64,000 bases of DNA from Escherichia phage phiWec188. The DNA is taken from the sequence record LC739537.1; one strand, written 5' to 3'. The position numbers and the translations under genes are program-made. Under the pieces are notes generated by a model. That model made no database searches. It saw only the letters and a program-made list of their open reading frames with translations, and was not told where the DNA came from. Shown piece after piece: positions 1-9,067 of the stretch (position 1 is the stretch's first letter; every line of letters begins with the position of its first letter).

Positions 1-95
1 AAAATAAAAATTGTTTTGCATAAATCCTTCGAACCCCAAAATGGGGAGTAATCGGCATCTCCTCACTTTTAGTGTAGCACGAAGGTTATGTTAAG

Positions 96-287
96 TCAAC
101 TGGGAATAATCTTATCACGTTTGGTTTCGTAACCTGTCCACTCAAGATCTCCCCAACCCTCATCACCATCCATCAAGTTATCTTCTTCATCGTAAGATGA
201 AATGTTGTAAATTGACTTCGGATTACAAGACATACAATCTTTGATTGGGATGTGGTGCCACTTGCACGGATTCTCGCTGGTACTCAT
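96..287 (-). CDS. hypothetical protein (63 aa)
   Basis: ORF with GAGGAGAT Shine-Dalgarno immediately upstream of ATG on minus strand; divergent from the + strand block. Confidence 0.5.
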   Translation of the reverse strand: MSTSENPCKWHHIPIKDCMSCNPKSIYNISSYDEEDNLMDGDEGWGDLEWTGYETKRDKIIPS

Positions 288-599
288 GTTAATCTCCTCT
301 GTTATCGTGTTCTTGGGATGAACTCTAACATATGTAAGATCTAAAAGTCAACTAATTCTTTTAACTACTAACTAATAATAATTATTTTATTTTTTGTTAG
401 TTAGTTTGTTGATCAGTATAGAGCAGATCTGTTACTATCTAACTGTCTTTAAGATCTTTAAAACCTAAGTCTTTTAGATCGAGCATATACTTAACCAATA
501 AAAACAAGACCTTAACTCGCTGCGCTCGTTAATAGGTTTTTAGGGTATCACATTTCGATAATCAAAGTCAAGACAATTTTTCAAATTATTTTCATTGTG

Positions 600-640
600 C
601 AAAGCTTGTGTTCTTTGGTGTATGTGCTATAGTGAATAAA
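600..640 (+). promoter_or_regulatory. candidate sigma70-like promoter (TTGTGT-N16-TATAGT) upstream of first + strand gene; coordinates approximate
   Basis: -35/-10-like hexamers with 16-nt spacer about 30 nt upstream of RBS of the 664 gene. Confidence 0.25.
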
Positions 641-663
641 CTTAAACAAGAAAGGAGATATAA

Positions 664-876
664 ATGAGTATTGCTAAGACAGCCAATCAACGTATGAAAG
701 AAGGTATCAACCTAACACCACGACCTAAACCTGGAGGTCACTATGTAACACATGCAAAAACTTACTGGGTTGATCAGATAGTCGGTAGTCGTGAAGTAGA
801 TAGTCCAAAAGAGTTCGACCGCCTGTGTTATGGGTATAGCGATATGGAAGACTTCATAGATCGCATTGTGGATTGA
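664..876 (+). CDS. hypothetical protein (70 aa)
   Basis: AAGGAGAT RBS 5 nt upstream of ATG. Confidence 0.55.
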   Translation: MSIAKTANQRMKEGINLTPRPKPGGHYVTHAKTYWVDQIVGSREVDSPKEFDRLCYGYSDMEDFIDRIVD

Positions 877-948
877 TTAAGGTGTGAGGTAAGGTGATTT
901 ATCATCTTCATTAAAATATTGCGTTAGAGACGCGTTTAGGAGGGTAGA

Positions 949-1275
949 ATGAGGTTTACAAGACAAGAGGTGGTTGTGCTGGACGAGGCAATGACAATGA
1001 TTGTCTTTTACTATGAAGATATCTTCTGTGCAGCATATCATTTAAACGACATTCAAATTGAATGGCAGCAGATAGCGTTCCTGTTTGACAAGAGTAATCA
1101 TCTGGATGGATTTGAGTATTTGGAATGGGATGGTGCAAGACAAATCAAAATTGTTGGATTAAATCATGATCAGCTTGTTGACATTGATTGCAAGCTGTGT
1201 CATTATCAGTTCTCCAACAAAGTTAAACTCGAAAGACAATTGGAGGTAGTTAAAGATGATAGCACTAATCAGTGA
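949..1275 (+). CDS. hypothetical protein (108 aa)
   Basis: GGAGGG RBS upstream of ATG. Confidence 0.55.
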   Translation: MRFTRQEVVVLDEAMTMIVFYYEDIFCAAYHLNDIQIEWQQIAFLFDKSNHLDGFEYLEWDGARQIKIVGLNHDQLVDIDCKLCHYQFSNKVKLERQLEVVKDDSTNQ

Positions 1276-1368
1276 GCACCCATACCTGGCAACATTTGTT
1301 CTGATTTTTGCCCTTGCTGTAATTCACGATGTTCTGATAAGCTATTTTGACAACAAAGGAGGTAAGAA

Positions 1369-1563
1369 ATGAAAGACGTTATTCAAATGATTTTCCGTGT
1401 CACCCTGGATGATAATCATGTTGTTAAAGGCACCCAGAACTACACAGAAGCGAAAGAACATTTCCTGGAATGGATTGAGACGTTGAAGACACAAAACGTG
1501 TCCTACAGTCGCGTTACGCTCTCTGGCGACCATATGCCTATCATGGAGTATACAAAGAAATGA
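1369..1563 (+). CDS. hypothetical protein (64 aa)
   Basis: AAGGAGG RBS; stop overlaps next start (ATGA). Confidence 0.5.
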   Translation: MKDVIQMIFRVTLDDNHVVKGTQNYTEAKEHFLEWIETLKTQNVSYSRVTLSGDHMPIMEYTKK

Positions 1564-1799
1564 GTAAATATCCGATCACAGGTGTAACCTACTCGTGTGT
1601 AGGTAAAGGCGGTTTGTATTCGGTTGTGGAATTTCCAAAACCTGCTGGGGTATCTAAAGTCTTCGATCCTATCGTGATCTATGAAGACTTACGTACAGGA
1701 CAGCACTACTGGAGATTCCAGGGTGATTTTTTAGATCGTATGGAGGTAGTTAATGGCGACAACACCGAAGAAGTCATCAAAAACAAAAACCGCTACTAA
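1560..1799 (+). CDS. hypothetical protein (79 aa)
   Basis: start overlaps previous stop; co-directional packing. Confidence 0.45.
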   Translation: MSKYPITGVTYSCVGKGGLYSVVEFPKPAGVSKVFDPIVIYEDLRTGQHYWRFQGDFLDRMEVVNGDNTEEVIKNKNRY

Positions 1800-2109
1800 G
1801 AAACCAAAGAAGAACGAAGTTCTGAAGGTTGCTAAATCAGTCCCTAAGAAAGATAAATTTGATACGGAGGCATTCGTCTTTGACACAGCTATCGAGAAAA
1901 TTGAAGAAGCGTTGCAGCGTCTTGAGGAGCAGGAGGCAGACCCAATGGCTGAACCACTCACCCAAGACCAACTCTACTGGTTTGGATGGTGGACTCTCAA
2001 TCTCCCAGAAGCAAAAAAGCGAGGAATGACTTCAGTTCCTACTTGTGCAAAAGAGGCTGCTGTGTTAGGCTTATACGAGAAATCCAAGAAAGGGGGTAAA
2101 AAGAAATGA
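1753..2109 (+). CDS. hypothetical protein, lysine-rich N-terminus (118 aa)
   Basis: GGAGG RBS upstream of ATG; KK-rich basic N-terminal tail. Confidence 0.5.
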   Translation: MATTPKKSSKTKTATKKPKKNEVLKVAKSVPKKDKFDTEAFVFDTAIEKIEEALQRLEEQEADPMAEPLTQDQLYWFGWWTLNLPEAKKRGMTSVPTCAKEAAVLGLYEKSKKGGKKK

Positions 2110-2387
2110 CCAAGACTTTCCTGAAGTGTGTAAAAGCAAAAGAGAACGAATGGTACTCTGGACTCTTTACTGTAGGCAAGAAGTACGAGATCCTCAACGG
2201 GACAGGTAAGAAGTTTTCTCTTGTTGTAAACGACGAAGGTGCGGAGCAAATGGTATTTGCTGAAAGCTCTGTCTACGGTATCTTTGAAGTGGTGCAAGAA
2301 GGTTCTCCATTAGTCCTGGAATATCTTGGCACGAATCAACCATACACTGCCCTGGATGTTATCAACAACAAGAAGGATGCAAAATGA
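2106..2387 (+). CDS. hypothetical protein (93 aa)
   Basis: AAAGGGGG RBS; ATGA overlap with previous gene. Confidence 0.5.
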   Translation: MTKTFLKCVKAKENEWYSGLFTVGKKYEILNGTGKKFSLVVNDEGAEQMVFAESSVYGIFEVVQEGSPLVLEYLGTNQPYTALDVINNKKDAK

Positions 2388-2566
2388 TTTTGCTTTATTC
2401 CGGCAAGGCAAAATACATGCAAGGTGTTAAGCGTGTAGAGGTTACTAAGACGGTTACAATTGGAAAGTCTTTCGTGGTATACTGCTTCCTTGTTAACGGA
2501 ACAGAGTATGCTGTTGCAAAGACTTTGGTTGATAATGGTAAAACTTGGAAAGTGGAGGCACTATGA
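2384..2566 (+). CDS. hypothetical protein (60 aa)
   Basis: AAGGA RBS; ATGA overlap. Confidence 0.45.
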   Translation: MILLYSGKAKYMQGVKRVEVTKTVTIGKSFVVYCFLVNGTEYAVAKTLVDNGKTWKVEAL

Positions 2567-2760
2567 TCAGTGTGGCTGGATGGGTTGTACTGGCAACCCT
2601 CAACGGGAATGTCACCGTGGAGACTAAAACAGTCTTCAAAGCACCAGAAGATTGTTATAACTCTCTGGTGGCATGGCCTCGTGATGAGGATGATAAGGCA
2701 GAGTATCAGTGTTTTTACATTGAGGCTCAACCTGTTGAATTTGAGGTTAAAGTGAAATGA
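2563..2760 (+). CDS. hypothetical protein (65 aa)
   Basis: internal ATG of ORF 2545..2760 preceded by GGAGG; overlaps previous stop. Confidence 0.45.
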   Translation: MISVAGWVVLATLNGNVTVETKTVFKAPEDCYNSLVAWPRDEDDKAEYQCFYIEAQPVEFEVKVK

Positions 2761-3242
2761 AAATAAAAATTACTAAAGCAGAGGTAGATAACCCACAATT
2801 CTTTTCTTTGAATAAGAGTTACGATATTAAAAACGGAGACGAGTTTGATGTTGTAGATATGGTAACAGACTCTGATGGTGTAGACATTGGATATATGATT
2901 ATTCCGCCTTGTGGTGGTAGTCCTATTATCGTATTGCGTGACGAAGCTATAGAGGTATGTTCCGATGAACCTCCATATGACAGCCCATACATGACAGAGT
3001 GGGTTGTTGCTGTGGATGTTGGAGGTATGGTTTCTGTACTGAAAGCTCCTAATCTCCACCCTGGCTTCACAGAGAACGGTAAGACAGCTTTGGATTACGG
3101 GTTGCCGGAAGATGTTGACAATACACCGCCAGGCATGTATCGTTGGATCTGCTCTTTCCACGAAGAGAAGGATTGGGAATCAGGTCTTGTGGATGATTGG
3201 CATTTCAAAGTGGAGAGTTCTTTTTTAATCATGCCAGCTTAG
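2757..3242 (+). CDS. hypothetical protein (161 aa)
   Basis: ATGA overlap with previous gene; long ORF. Confidence 0.5.
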   Translation: MKIKITKAEVDNPQFFSLNKSYDIKNGDEFDVVDMVTDSDGVDIGYMIIPPCGGSPIIVLRDEAIEVCSDEPPYDSPYMTEWVVAVDVGGMVSVLKAPNLHPGFTENGKTALDYGLPEDVDNTPPGMYRWICSFHEEKDWESGLVDDWHFKVESSFLIMPA

Positions 3243-3252
3243 AGGAGGTTAT

Positions 3253-3597
3253 ATGAAAGTTTGGATAGATGATATGCGTAACCCAGCCGACTACGGACAG
3301 GAAGATGCCATTTGGTTTAAAACGTCACAAGAAGCTATGGAGTTTCTCAATGACCCTGCTAAACTGTATCGAAGAGTAACCGAGTGGTCCTTTGACAATG
3401 ACTTAGGTATGCAGTCAGACCAAGATGGGTATGACGTTTTCCTGCACTTGGAAGAACTCCTGGCGTTTGGTAAACCTTGCTTTGGTTCGCCTATCATCTT
3501 CGTGCATACTTCTAATCCCGCCGCTGGGGATAAATTCATGCTTGCAAAAGAATCCATGCTGCGTTATGGTATTCAAATGAAGCGTGTTCACTATTAA
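3253..3597 (+). CDS. hypothetical protein (114 aa)
   Basis: AGAGGAGG RBS upstream of ATG. Confidence 0.55.
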   Translation: MKVWIDDMRNPADYGQEDAIWFKTSQEAMEFLNDPAKLYRRVTEWSFDNDLGMQSDQDGYDVFLHLEELLAFGKPCFGSPIIFVHTSNPAAGDKFMLAKESMLRYGIQMKRVHY

Positions 3598-3606
3598 GGA
3601 GGTGTT

Positions 3607-3741
3607 ATGCTTTATGTTATTTGGGTAGATGAAGGGGATGGGTTTTATGTATACAAACACACTAACCATTGGCCCGATGTAGAAAAAGCACTTGCAACTT
3701 TTGAAGATTGCTTTTACGATATACATACAGACGAAGAGTAA
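3607..3741 (+). CDS. small ORF (44 aa), below ORF-track cutoff
   Basis: AAGGAGG RBS 4 nt after previous stop, ATG 9 nt later; fills an otherwise unexplained gap. Confidence 0.4.
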   Translation: MLYVIWVDEGDGFYVYKHTNHWPDVEKALATFEDCFYDIHTDEE

Positions 3742-3752
3742 GGAGAAACCTA

Positions 3753-4109
3753 ATGAGCAGTCTTGATCATAACATTTGTTACCAACCTCTCACTTGGATT
3801 GGTGAGGGTCATTATGCGCAACGTGTTATCGTCTGTGCTGCGAATAAGTATATTCTGAATAATGGTGAAGAGTTAATTATCCCTTGCGTTCGACATGCAA
3901 ATCCTGTACTATATGCACAGTTAAGCGTGTTGAAAGAAGCAGGTGCGATCAGCAAAACTTTGTGCACGCCAGATAATCAAGGTTTTATCGATCAGTATTA
4001 CAATTGGTGGAGTCGTGAGGATGCTTACATCATCGCGGAAAATGCTGACCAGATTGACCATGAGCGTAATGGTCACGACCATGAACTATTTAGCGAGGGA
4101 TTATACTAA
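3753..4109 (+). CDS. hypothetical protein (118 aa)
   Basis: internal ATG (MSSLDH...) of ORF 3708..4109 preceded by AAGGAGA. Confidence 0.5.
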   Translation: MSSLDHNICYQPLTWIGEGHYAQRVIVCAANKYILNNGEELIIPCVRHANPVLYAQLSVLKEAGAISKTLCTPDNQGFIDQYYNWWSREDAYIIAENADQIDHERNGHDHELFSEGLY

Positions 4110-4654
4110 TGTTTATTACAAGCGATTTGCATTTTATGCATAAACGTATTCGAGAGTTTGCTCCTGAATATCGTCCGTGGGAAGATATGGACCACATGAC
4201 AGAAGCCCTGATTGAAGCATGGAACAAATGTGCTACTACTCCTGGTGTTAAGATGTGGCATTTGGGCGACTTCTGTTTCGGGACTGAAGAAGATACCCGT
4301 AAGATTGCTTCCCGTCTCCAAGGAGATATCACTTATCTTGTTGGGAACCATGATTACAGCAAACACCGAGAAGTGCTTGCAGAGTATGGCGAAGTGAAGT
4401 ATTATGACGAAGTGAAATATCAGAAGCTGTTCTTCGTCTTAAGTCATTACCCTATTGCCTCCTGGAATAAACAGGGTCGCGGTAGTATTATGGTCCACGG
4501 GCATTCTCACGGATCTTTCCCTGATGAAGCCTACGGCAAGATGCTTGACGTTGGTTGGGATGCACATGGTAAGATTCTGCATTTTGATGAAGTTATTAAA
4601 ATGATGGAAAAGCGTGAAGTGATCACGGTAGACCATCACAAAATTATTCGATAG
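4109..4654 (+). CDS. calcineurin-like metallophosphoesterase / putative Ser-Thr protein phosphatase
   Basis: motifs D-x-H (SDLHF), GD (HLGDF), GNHD (LVGNHDY), GHxH (HGHSHG) typical of the metallophosphatase fold. Confidence 0.7.
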   Translation: MFITSDLHFMHKRIREFAPEYRPWEDMDHMTEALIEAWNKCATTPGVKMWHLGDFCFGTEEDTRKIASRLQGDITYLVGNHDYSKHREVLAEYGEVKYYDEVKYQKLFFVLSHYPIASWNKQGRGSIMVHGHSHGSFPDEAYGKMLDVGWDAHGKILHFDEVIKMMEKREVITVDHHKIIR

Positions 4655-4662
4655 GAGAGAAC

Positions 4663-4989
4663 ATGCAAATTTATACAGACGATCGTAAATATGAGACAAT
4701 TCTTGATGAAGACACTGGACGAATTACCGTTCTACGTCACGGTGAAGAATGGCGCGATGAGACTGGAGATAACTACATCTTATCTCTGATTCATGTTATT
4801 GAACAAATGCGCGATGATTACACTGAACTTCATTATGAAAATGAGCTAAACAAAGTAAAATTTGAAAACGCTCTTGAAGAGGAACGGGCTGAAATTAACA
4901 GTCTCAAAGAACTGGTTGCCCTACGTGATGAAGAAATCGACGGGCTGCAAGAAGAGATCTACGAACTTAACAGCGAACTGAACGGTTAA
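4663..4989 (+). CDS. hypothetical protein with C-terminal coiled coil (108 aa)
   Basis: GGAGAG RBS; heptad-like E/L-rich C-terminus. Confidence 0.5.
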   Translation: MQIYTDDRKYETILDEDTGRITVLRHGEEWRDETGDNYILSLIHVIEQMRDDYTELHYENELNKVKFENALEEERAEINSLKELVALRDEEIDGLQEEIYELNSELNG

Positions 4990-4998
4990 GGAGGAAAC

Positions 4999-5160
4999 AT
5001 GGTAACAACTTATGTGTTGTTTGCATTTTATATGCTTGGTAACGGTGTGAATGGTGACTACTCACACGATTTCGGATCTCAAGGTGCTTGCGAAATGGCT
5101 TTAGCAGAAGGAATCCGTCAGAATATATTTAAACGTGGATTCTGTACACCTAAAGGCTAA
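4999..5160 (+). CDS. small ORF (53 aa), hydrophobic N-terminus
   Basis: AAGGAGGAA RBS then ATG; fills the gap between 4989 and 5170. Confidence 0.4.
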   Translation: MVTTYVLFAFYMLGNGVNGDYSHDFGSQGACEMALAEGIRQNIFKRGFCTPKG

Positions 5161-5169
5161 GGAGCAATT

Positions 5170-5361
5170 ATGAAGAAAGATATCGTTGTTGTTGGTTGGC
5201 TGACTTGTCCTTGTGGCAGTCATGACATTACAGTAAACACGGAGGGTGATAAAGATTATTTGTTCTATGGTGATAAAATCACTTGCAATACCTGCGGACG
5301 TGTTGGTATTATAGAAACCGATGATTGTTGTGCTTTTGAATCTTGGGATGAAGAGGAATGA
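5170..5361 (+). CDS. small Cys-rich zinc-ribbon-like protein (63 aa)
   Basis: CPCGSH...CNTCGR pairs of Cys; AAGGAG RBS. Confidence 0.5.
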   Translation: MKKDIVVVGWLTCPCGSHDITVNTEGDKDYLFYGDKITCNTCGRVGIIETDDCCAFESWDEEE

Positions 5362-5585
5362 GTACTGCATTTTATGTACGTAACGAGGATGAAGATTTCC
5401 TTGCTTCTTTCGACGACGATTGCGATCTTGAAGAAATGTATGAAGACATGTTGGATTACGCCAAAGGTCAACGCTTTACGAGTGTTGATCATATGTTGGC
5501 AACTTCAACCATAATCTTGGATCAAGATTTGGATGAGATCTGCAATCGATTAAAAATTGCATTATTTACTTGGGACGAAACATAA
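5358..5585 (+). CDS. hypothetical acidic protein (75 aa)
   Basis: GAGGA RBS, ATGA overlap. Confidence 0.45.
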   Translation: MSTAFYVRNEDEDFLASFDDDCDLEEMYEDMLDYAKGQRFTSVDHMLATSTIILDQDLDEICNRLKIALFTWDET

Positions 5586-5809
5586 TGGCAACAACATTCT
5601 ATTTTGAAGGTAGTGAGAAAAAGACTTCCATTACCTTTCAAAGAAACACACCAGCAGAAGATTTCTTATGGATGATAATCGATCACCTGAAAAGCGAAGG
5701 TATTCACCATATAGACGAGTATTTCGCAGAGTCAACAGACTGGCAAAACGTTGTTATGGAAGATGTTATTTTCGAACTGCACCATATTATTACGGAGGAA
5801 GGAATTTGA
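5585..5809 (+). CDS. hypothetical protein (74 aa)
   Basis: ATG overlapping previous stop; alternative TTG start at 5570. Confidence 0.4.
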   Translation: MATTFYFEGSEKKTSITFQRNTPAEDFLWMIIDHLKSEGIHHIDEYFAESTDWQNVVMEDVIFELHHIITEEGI

Positions 5810-6921
5810 AACAGACAAATCAGACACTTTACGGTAAAGACTCAAATGGCAAACTGAAGCAATGGACTGTTTTCACAGACGGTGCAACAGTTACTGTAGC
5901 TCACGGTAAAGTTGGTGGAAAGATTACACAAAAATCATACGAAGCGGAAGCTAAAAATACTGGACGTGCAAATGCAACCACTCCAGAAGAACAAGCAGAA
6001 GCTGAAGCTTTTGCCAAGTGGACAAAACAACTGAAAAATGGTTATTATAAAACTATGGAAGAGGCGGAGAACCACGTCCCATCCACACCTATGAAATGCC
6101 AGGACTATAAAGATTTTGCGCATAAGGTGGTCTTCCCTGGATATGCACAATACAAACTGAATGGCTTACGTTCAATGATCAACATGAAGGGCGAATGTTT
6201 GTCTAAAGCTGGAGAAGTTTACAAACTCCCTCCGCACTGGCAAGGTATTCCAAACTTCATCAGCGAAGTTGTTGGTCATCCTCTGGATGGGGAAGTGTTC
6301 GCTGGTCTTGGTGTTCTTAGTTTGCAACAGATTAATAGTGCATGGAAAAAGCACAATGAGAACACGCCGCTCCTGAACTACTATGTTTACGATGTTCCTG
6401 TGGCAGATATGCCATTTGAGAAGCGTGTTGAAGTATTGGCGGCTCTTAAGGCTGTAGCTGAAGAGAGTGGTCTGGATGAACTGATCTGTGTCGTACATAC
6501 AGAGTATATTGAAAATCAAGAACAGTTGGATGCATTTTATGTTAAAGCTTTACTTGAAAAAGCTGAAGGTATCGTGTATCGTAATGCTCATGGTGTCTAT
6601 GAGTTTGATAAACGTTCCTATGACGTGATCAAACGAAAACCACGCCAGACTTTGGAAGTTAAAGTTATTTCTATGCGTTCTGATAAAAATAACGATGGGG
6701 TGTTGACAGGTGAGATGGAGAATGGTAAACTTGTTGAGTTCTTGATGCGAAAAGATGCTCACGAAACTATCAACTACCGTAAAGCAGAGAATGCCGAAAC
6801 TTTGATTGATCAGTTTGTTGAGATTGAGTATGAAGAATTTTCTGACGAAGGTATCCCAACTAAACCAGTCGGTGTACGTCTTCGTAAAATGATCCCAGGG
6901 ACTTGGGAGCCAGCAGAATAA
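5806..6921 (+). CDS. ATP-dependent DNA ligase-like nucleotidyltransferase (371 aa), probable TTG start
   Basis: covalent nucleotidyltransferase motifs: I KLNGLR (noncanonical N for D), III LDGEVF, IV EGIVYR, V VIKRK, C-terminal OB-like region; GGAGGAAGG RBS before in-frame TTG; N-terminal 46 codons of the ORF-track call overlap the upstream gene. Confidence 0.6.
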   Translation: MKQTNQTLYGKDSNGKLKQWTVFTDGATVTVAHGKVGGKITQKSYEAEAKNTGRANATTPEEQAEAEAFAKWTKQLKNGYYKTMEEAENHVPSTPMKCQDYKDFAHKVVFPGYAQYKLNGLRSMINMKGECLSKAGEVYKLPPHWQGIPNFISEVVGHPLDGEVFAGLGVLSLQQINSAWKKHNENTPLLNYYVYDVPVADMPFEKRVEVLAALKAVAEESGLDELICVVHTEYIENQEQLDAFYVKALLEKAEGIVYRNAHGVYEFDKRSYDVIKRKPRQTLEVKVISMRSDKNNDGVLTGEMENGKLVEFLMRKDAHETINYRKAENAETLIDQFVEIEYEEFSDEGIPTKPVGVRLRKMIPGTWEPAE

Positions 6922-6931
6922 AGGAGGTTGT

Positions 6932-7120
6932 ATGTTGATTTTAACAGTGTATATCTTGTTGTCAGTATTGGCTGTATGCTGTATGTTTCTTAGCTGTTGC
7001 AAAGATAAGACACTTTTAGTCTCTGTAGCAAAAACTATAGATGCGATAATGGCGGGTGTTGGGTACGCAGCAGTGATCTACATTTTCTGTTTTTACTTTG
7101 TGGCTGAATGGGTTAATTAA
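6932..7120 (+). CDS. small membrane protein (62 aa)
   Basis: AAAGGAGG RBS; two hydrophobic helices. Confidence 0.5.
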   Translation: MLILTVYILLSVLAVCCMFLSCCKDKTLLVSVAKTIDAIMAGVGYAAVIYIFCFYFVAEWVN

Positions 7121-7129
7121 GGGGGATTT

Positions 7130-7318
7130 ATGGGTGTTGAAGTTTTTCTGATTCTTTTGTTGCTTTCTATTGTGGCTTGTGGTATTATTATGGCTTCTAC
7201 ATTCCCATTAAACACTTGGTGGCGAAAATTAAGTCTGATGCTTATATACTGTGCAGCAGGTGCACAAATGGGTTCGGTTGTTGTCTACTTGACTGAACTC
7301 GCAAAAAACTATTTTTAA
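7130..7318 (+). CDS. small membrane protein (62 aa)
   Basis: AAGGGGGA RBS; hydrophobic. Confidence 0.5.
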   Translation: MGVEVFLILLLLSIVACGIIMASTFPLNTWWRKLSLMLIYCAAGAQMGSVVVYLTELAKNYF

Positions 7319-7331
7319 TAAGGAGAACAAG

Positions 7332-8060
7332 ATGATCGAGAACTTTTTTAAAGAGATTAAGGTAGATGTGGACTTCTATAAGAAAGCAGCTAAACATGTA
7401 ATCGATTGGAATGCAAAAGCGCGTGGCGGAGAACAGCCGGAATTTGACCAGGCAATGTTTGTTTCCCAAATCGGGTTTGTTCGTGAAGAACTGAAAGAGT
7501 ATGAAGAAGCCGCTAAAACTAATGATCACGTTGAACTCTTGGATGCAGCCGCCGATGTATTCGTTGTTTCCAGTTACCTGGTGTACATGTTCTTTGGTGA
7601 AGAAGCAACTCTGAAGTTCCTTGAGAATCAGGTTGGTACTGTCTTCACAGAAACAATCTACACCGATTTCGACAATATGGAAGCTACCTTCACTGATCCT
7701 GTTCAGATGGCAGTATTGAGTGCTGGTATTATGAACCTTGCGCGTGATACGCTGGTGCGTTCTGTTTATGCCGACAAAAAGATTATGAAAGAAGTTCTTG
7801 ACAGTAATGACTCTAAGTACCCTACTAAGAAGCAACTGCTGGCTGTATGGAATACTTCCGATATTGATCTTGCAATTTCACAAGAATGTGCAGCGATTGA
7901 AGAGCGTAATGCCAATCGTCCTGAAGGTGCTTACACTGGCGTACATGCTACGTACAATGAAAAACAGAAAGTTTATGTGTTCTTTGATGATAAAGGTAAG
8001 ATCATGAAGCCTTCTACCTTTGTTAAACCTGATATTGCAAAAATCATTACTAAGAAATAA
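7332..8060 (+). CDS. hypothetical protein; possible MazG-like all-alpha NTP pyrophosphohydrolase (242 aa)
   Basis: AAGGAGAA RBS; E-x-x-E-E...D acidic helix pattern (EELKEYEEAAKTNDHVELLDAAADV) reminiscent of MazG/HisE fold; weak. Confidence 0.3.
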   Translation: MIENFFKEIKVDVDFYKKAAKHVIDWNAKARGGEQPEFDQAMFVSQIGFVREELKEYEEAAKTNDHVELLDAAADVFVVSSYLVYMFFGEEATLKFLENQVGTVFTETIYTDFDNMEATFTDPVQMAVLSAGIMNLARDTLVRSVYADKKIMKEVLDSNDSKYPTKKQLLAVWNTSDIDLAISQECAAIEERNANRPEGAYTGVHATYNEKQKVYVFFDDKGKIMKPSTFVKPDIAKIITKK

Positions 8061-8065
8061 TCTGT

Positions 8066-8090
8066 AAGCCGCCCTTCGGGGCGGTTATTG
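8066..8090 (+). terminator. rho-independent terminator (GCCGCCC-TTCG-GGGCGG + T-rich)
   Basis: GC stem with tetraloop followed by TTATT just after stop codon; coordinates approximate. Confidence 0.5.
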
Positions 8091-8117
8091 TGAGAGTTAA
8101 ATAATAGGAGGAAATAT

Positions 8118-8996
8118 ATGTTCGTTAAATCTTTTAAATCTGCACTTCCGATGGTTGCTGGTGATAATGCTTCTGTAGCGTCTCTGAACGAGTTCAACGA
8201 ATTTCCGATTGACTTTGTACCTGCTGAAGGATCTCAAGCCCATACTATTGGTCTGGTTCGTTTTGAAGATGATGGGAAATACGTAAAAGAGTTCTCCGAT
8301 CTGGAACTCCTCCAGGTTGGTCAATCTGTTAAGAAAGTTGACAAGAAGAAAGTTAAACGTCTTCTTAATGAGCGCCTGGAAGAAATTCGAGTAGATATGG
8401 AAAGCCAAGGTCAAGAATTCTTTGTCGCTAAAGAAGACATGAAAGTCCTGAAAGCTGATATTGAATTTGGTCTGCTCCCAGAAACCGAACCGGAAGATTT
8501 CTTCAATTATGTGGTTCTGGATAAAACAACCAACCTGTTCTATGTGATCAACGGTAGTAAGAAAGTAGCGGAAGCTATTACTTGCTTCTTCCGTAATGTT
8601 TTGGGGACTTTCCCCTCTGTAGGTTTTAGTGTGCACGAAGAAGCAATTGTCAAAGGTTTTGGTACATTGTTGAAAGAACACGAAGCTGATCGCCTTACTC
8701 TTGGCAATTACATTAAACTGGAAGATAGTGAAGGTGTTGTTGTCTGGACGAAAGAATCTCTTTACGATTCCAAAGCAATCGAACTTAAAGAAGATGGTAA
8801 AGATGTTGTCGCTATTGGCTTGGAGTACGATGGTGTGCTGGAGTTTGTCGTAGATAAAGAGTTGAAGTTGAGCAAGCTTCGTTTCCCTAAATACTTCAAC
8901 GATGACGAAGGCTCTATTGAAGCATCTACTCTACTTTGCTTCAACGAGATTCGTGGTTTGATGGCAGATCTGACGAAAGCAACTATTCTTAAATAA
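8118..8996 (+). CDS. RdgC-like recombination-associated protein (292 aa)
   Basis: size and C-terminal segment GKDVVAIGLEYDGVLEFVVDKELKLSKLRF resembles E. coli RdgC [30 protein letters not shown]; from memory, unverified. Confidence 0.45.
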   Translation: MFVKSFKSALPMVAGDNASVASLNEFNEFPIDFVPAEGSQAHTIGLVRFEDDGKYVKEFSDLELLQVGQSVKKVDKKKVKRLLNERLEEIRVDMESQGQEFFVAKEDMKVLKADIEFGLLPETEPEDFFNYVVLDKTTNLFYVINGSKKVAEAITCFFRNVLGTFPSVGFSVHEEAIVKGFGTLLKEHEADRLTLGNYIKLEDSEGVVVWTKESLYDSKAIELKEDGKDVVAIGLEYDGVLEFVVDKELKLSKLRFPKYFNDDEGSIEASTLLCFNEIRGLMADLTKATILK

Positions 8997-8999
8997 GTG

Positions 9000-9030
9000 C
9001 TTGACTTGCAGACTTCATTGTGATACTATG
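9000..9030 (+). promoter_or_regulatory. sigma70-type promoter TTGACT-N17-TACTAT
   Basis: near-consensus -35 and -10 with 17-nt spacer; coordinates approximate. Confidence 0.45.
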
Positions 9031-9058
9031 CCTACCTACTCAACGAGGTAGGCTTTTA
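9030..9058 (+). promoter_or_regulatory. leader hairpin GCCTACCT...AGGTAGGC followed by TTTT (terminator-like, placed downstream of promoter)
   Basis: 8-bp inverted repeat + U-tract between promoter and RBS of 9068 gene. Confidence 0.4.
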
Positions 9059-9067
9059 GGAGGTGTT

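Noticed and set aside
5668-5805. N-terminal extensions in the ORF track (ligase from 5668; also 9020, 10361, 11406, 17999, 24478, 32252, 41711, 49963, 57388 and others)
   Set aside because: Extensions overlap upstream genes or promoters and lack RBS; internal ATG/GTG/TTG codons with Shine-Dalgarno sequences were used instead.
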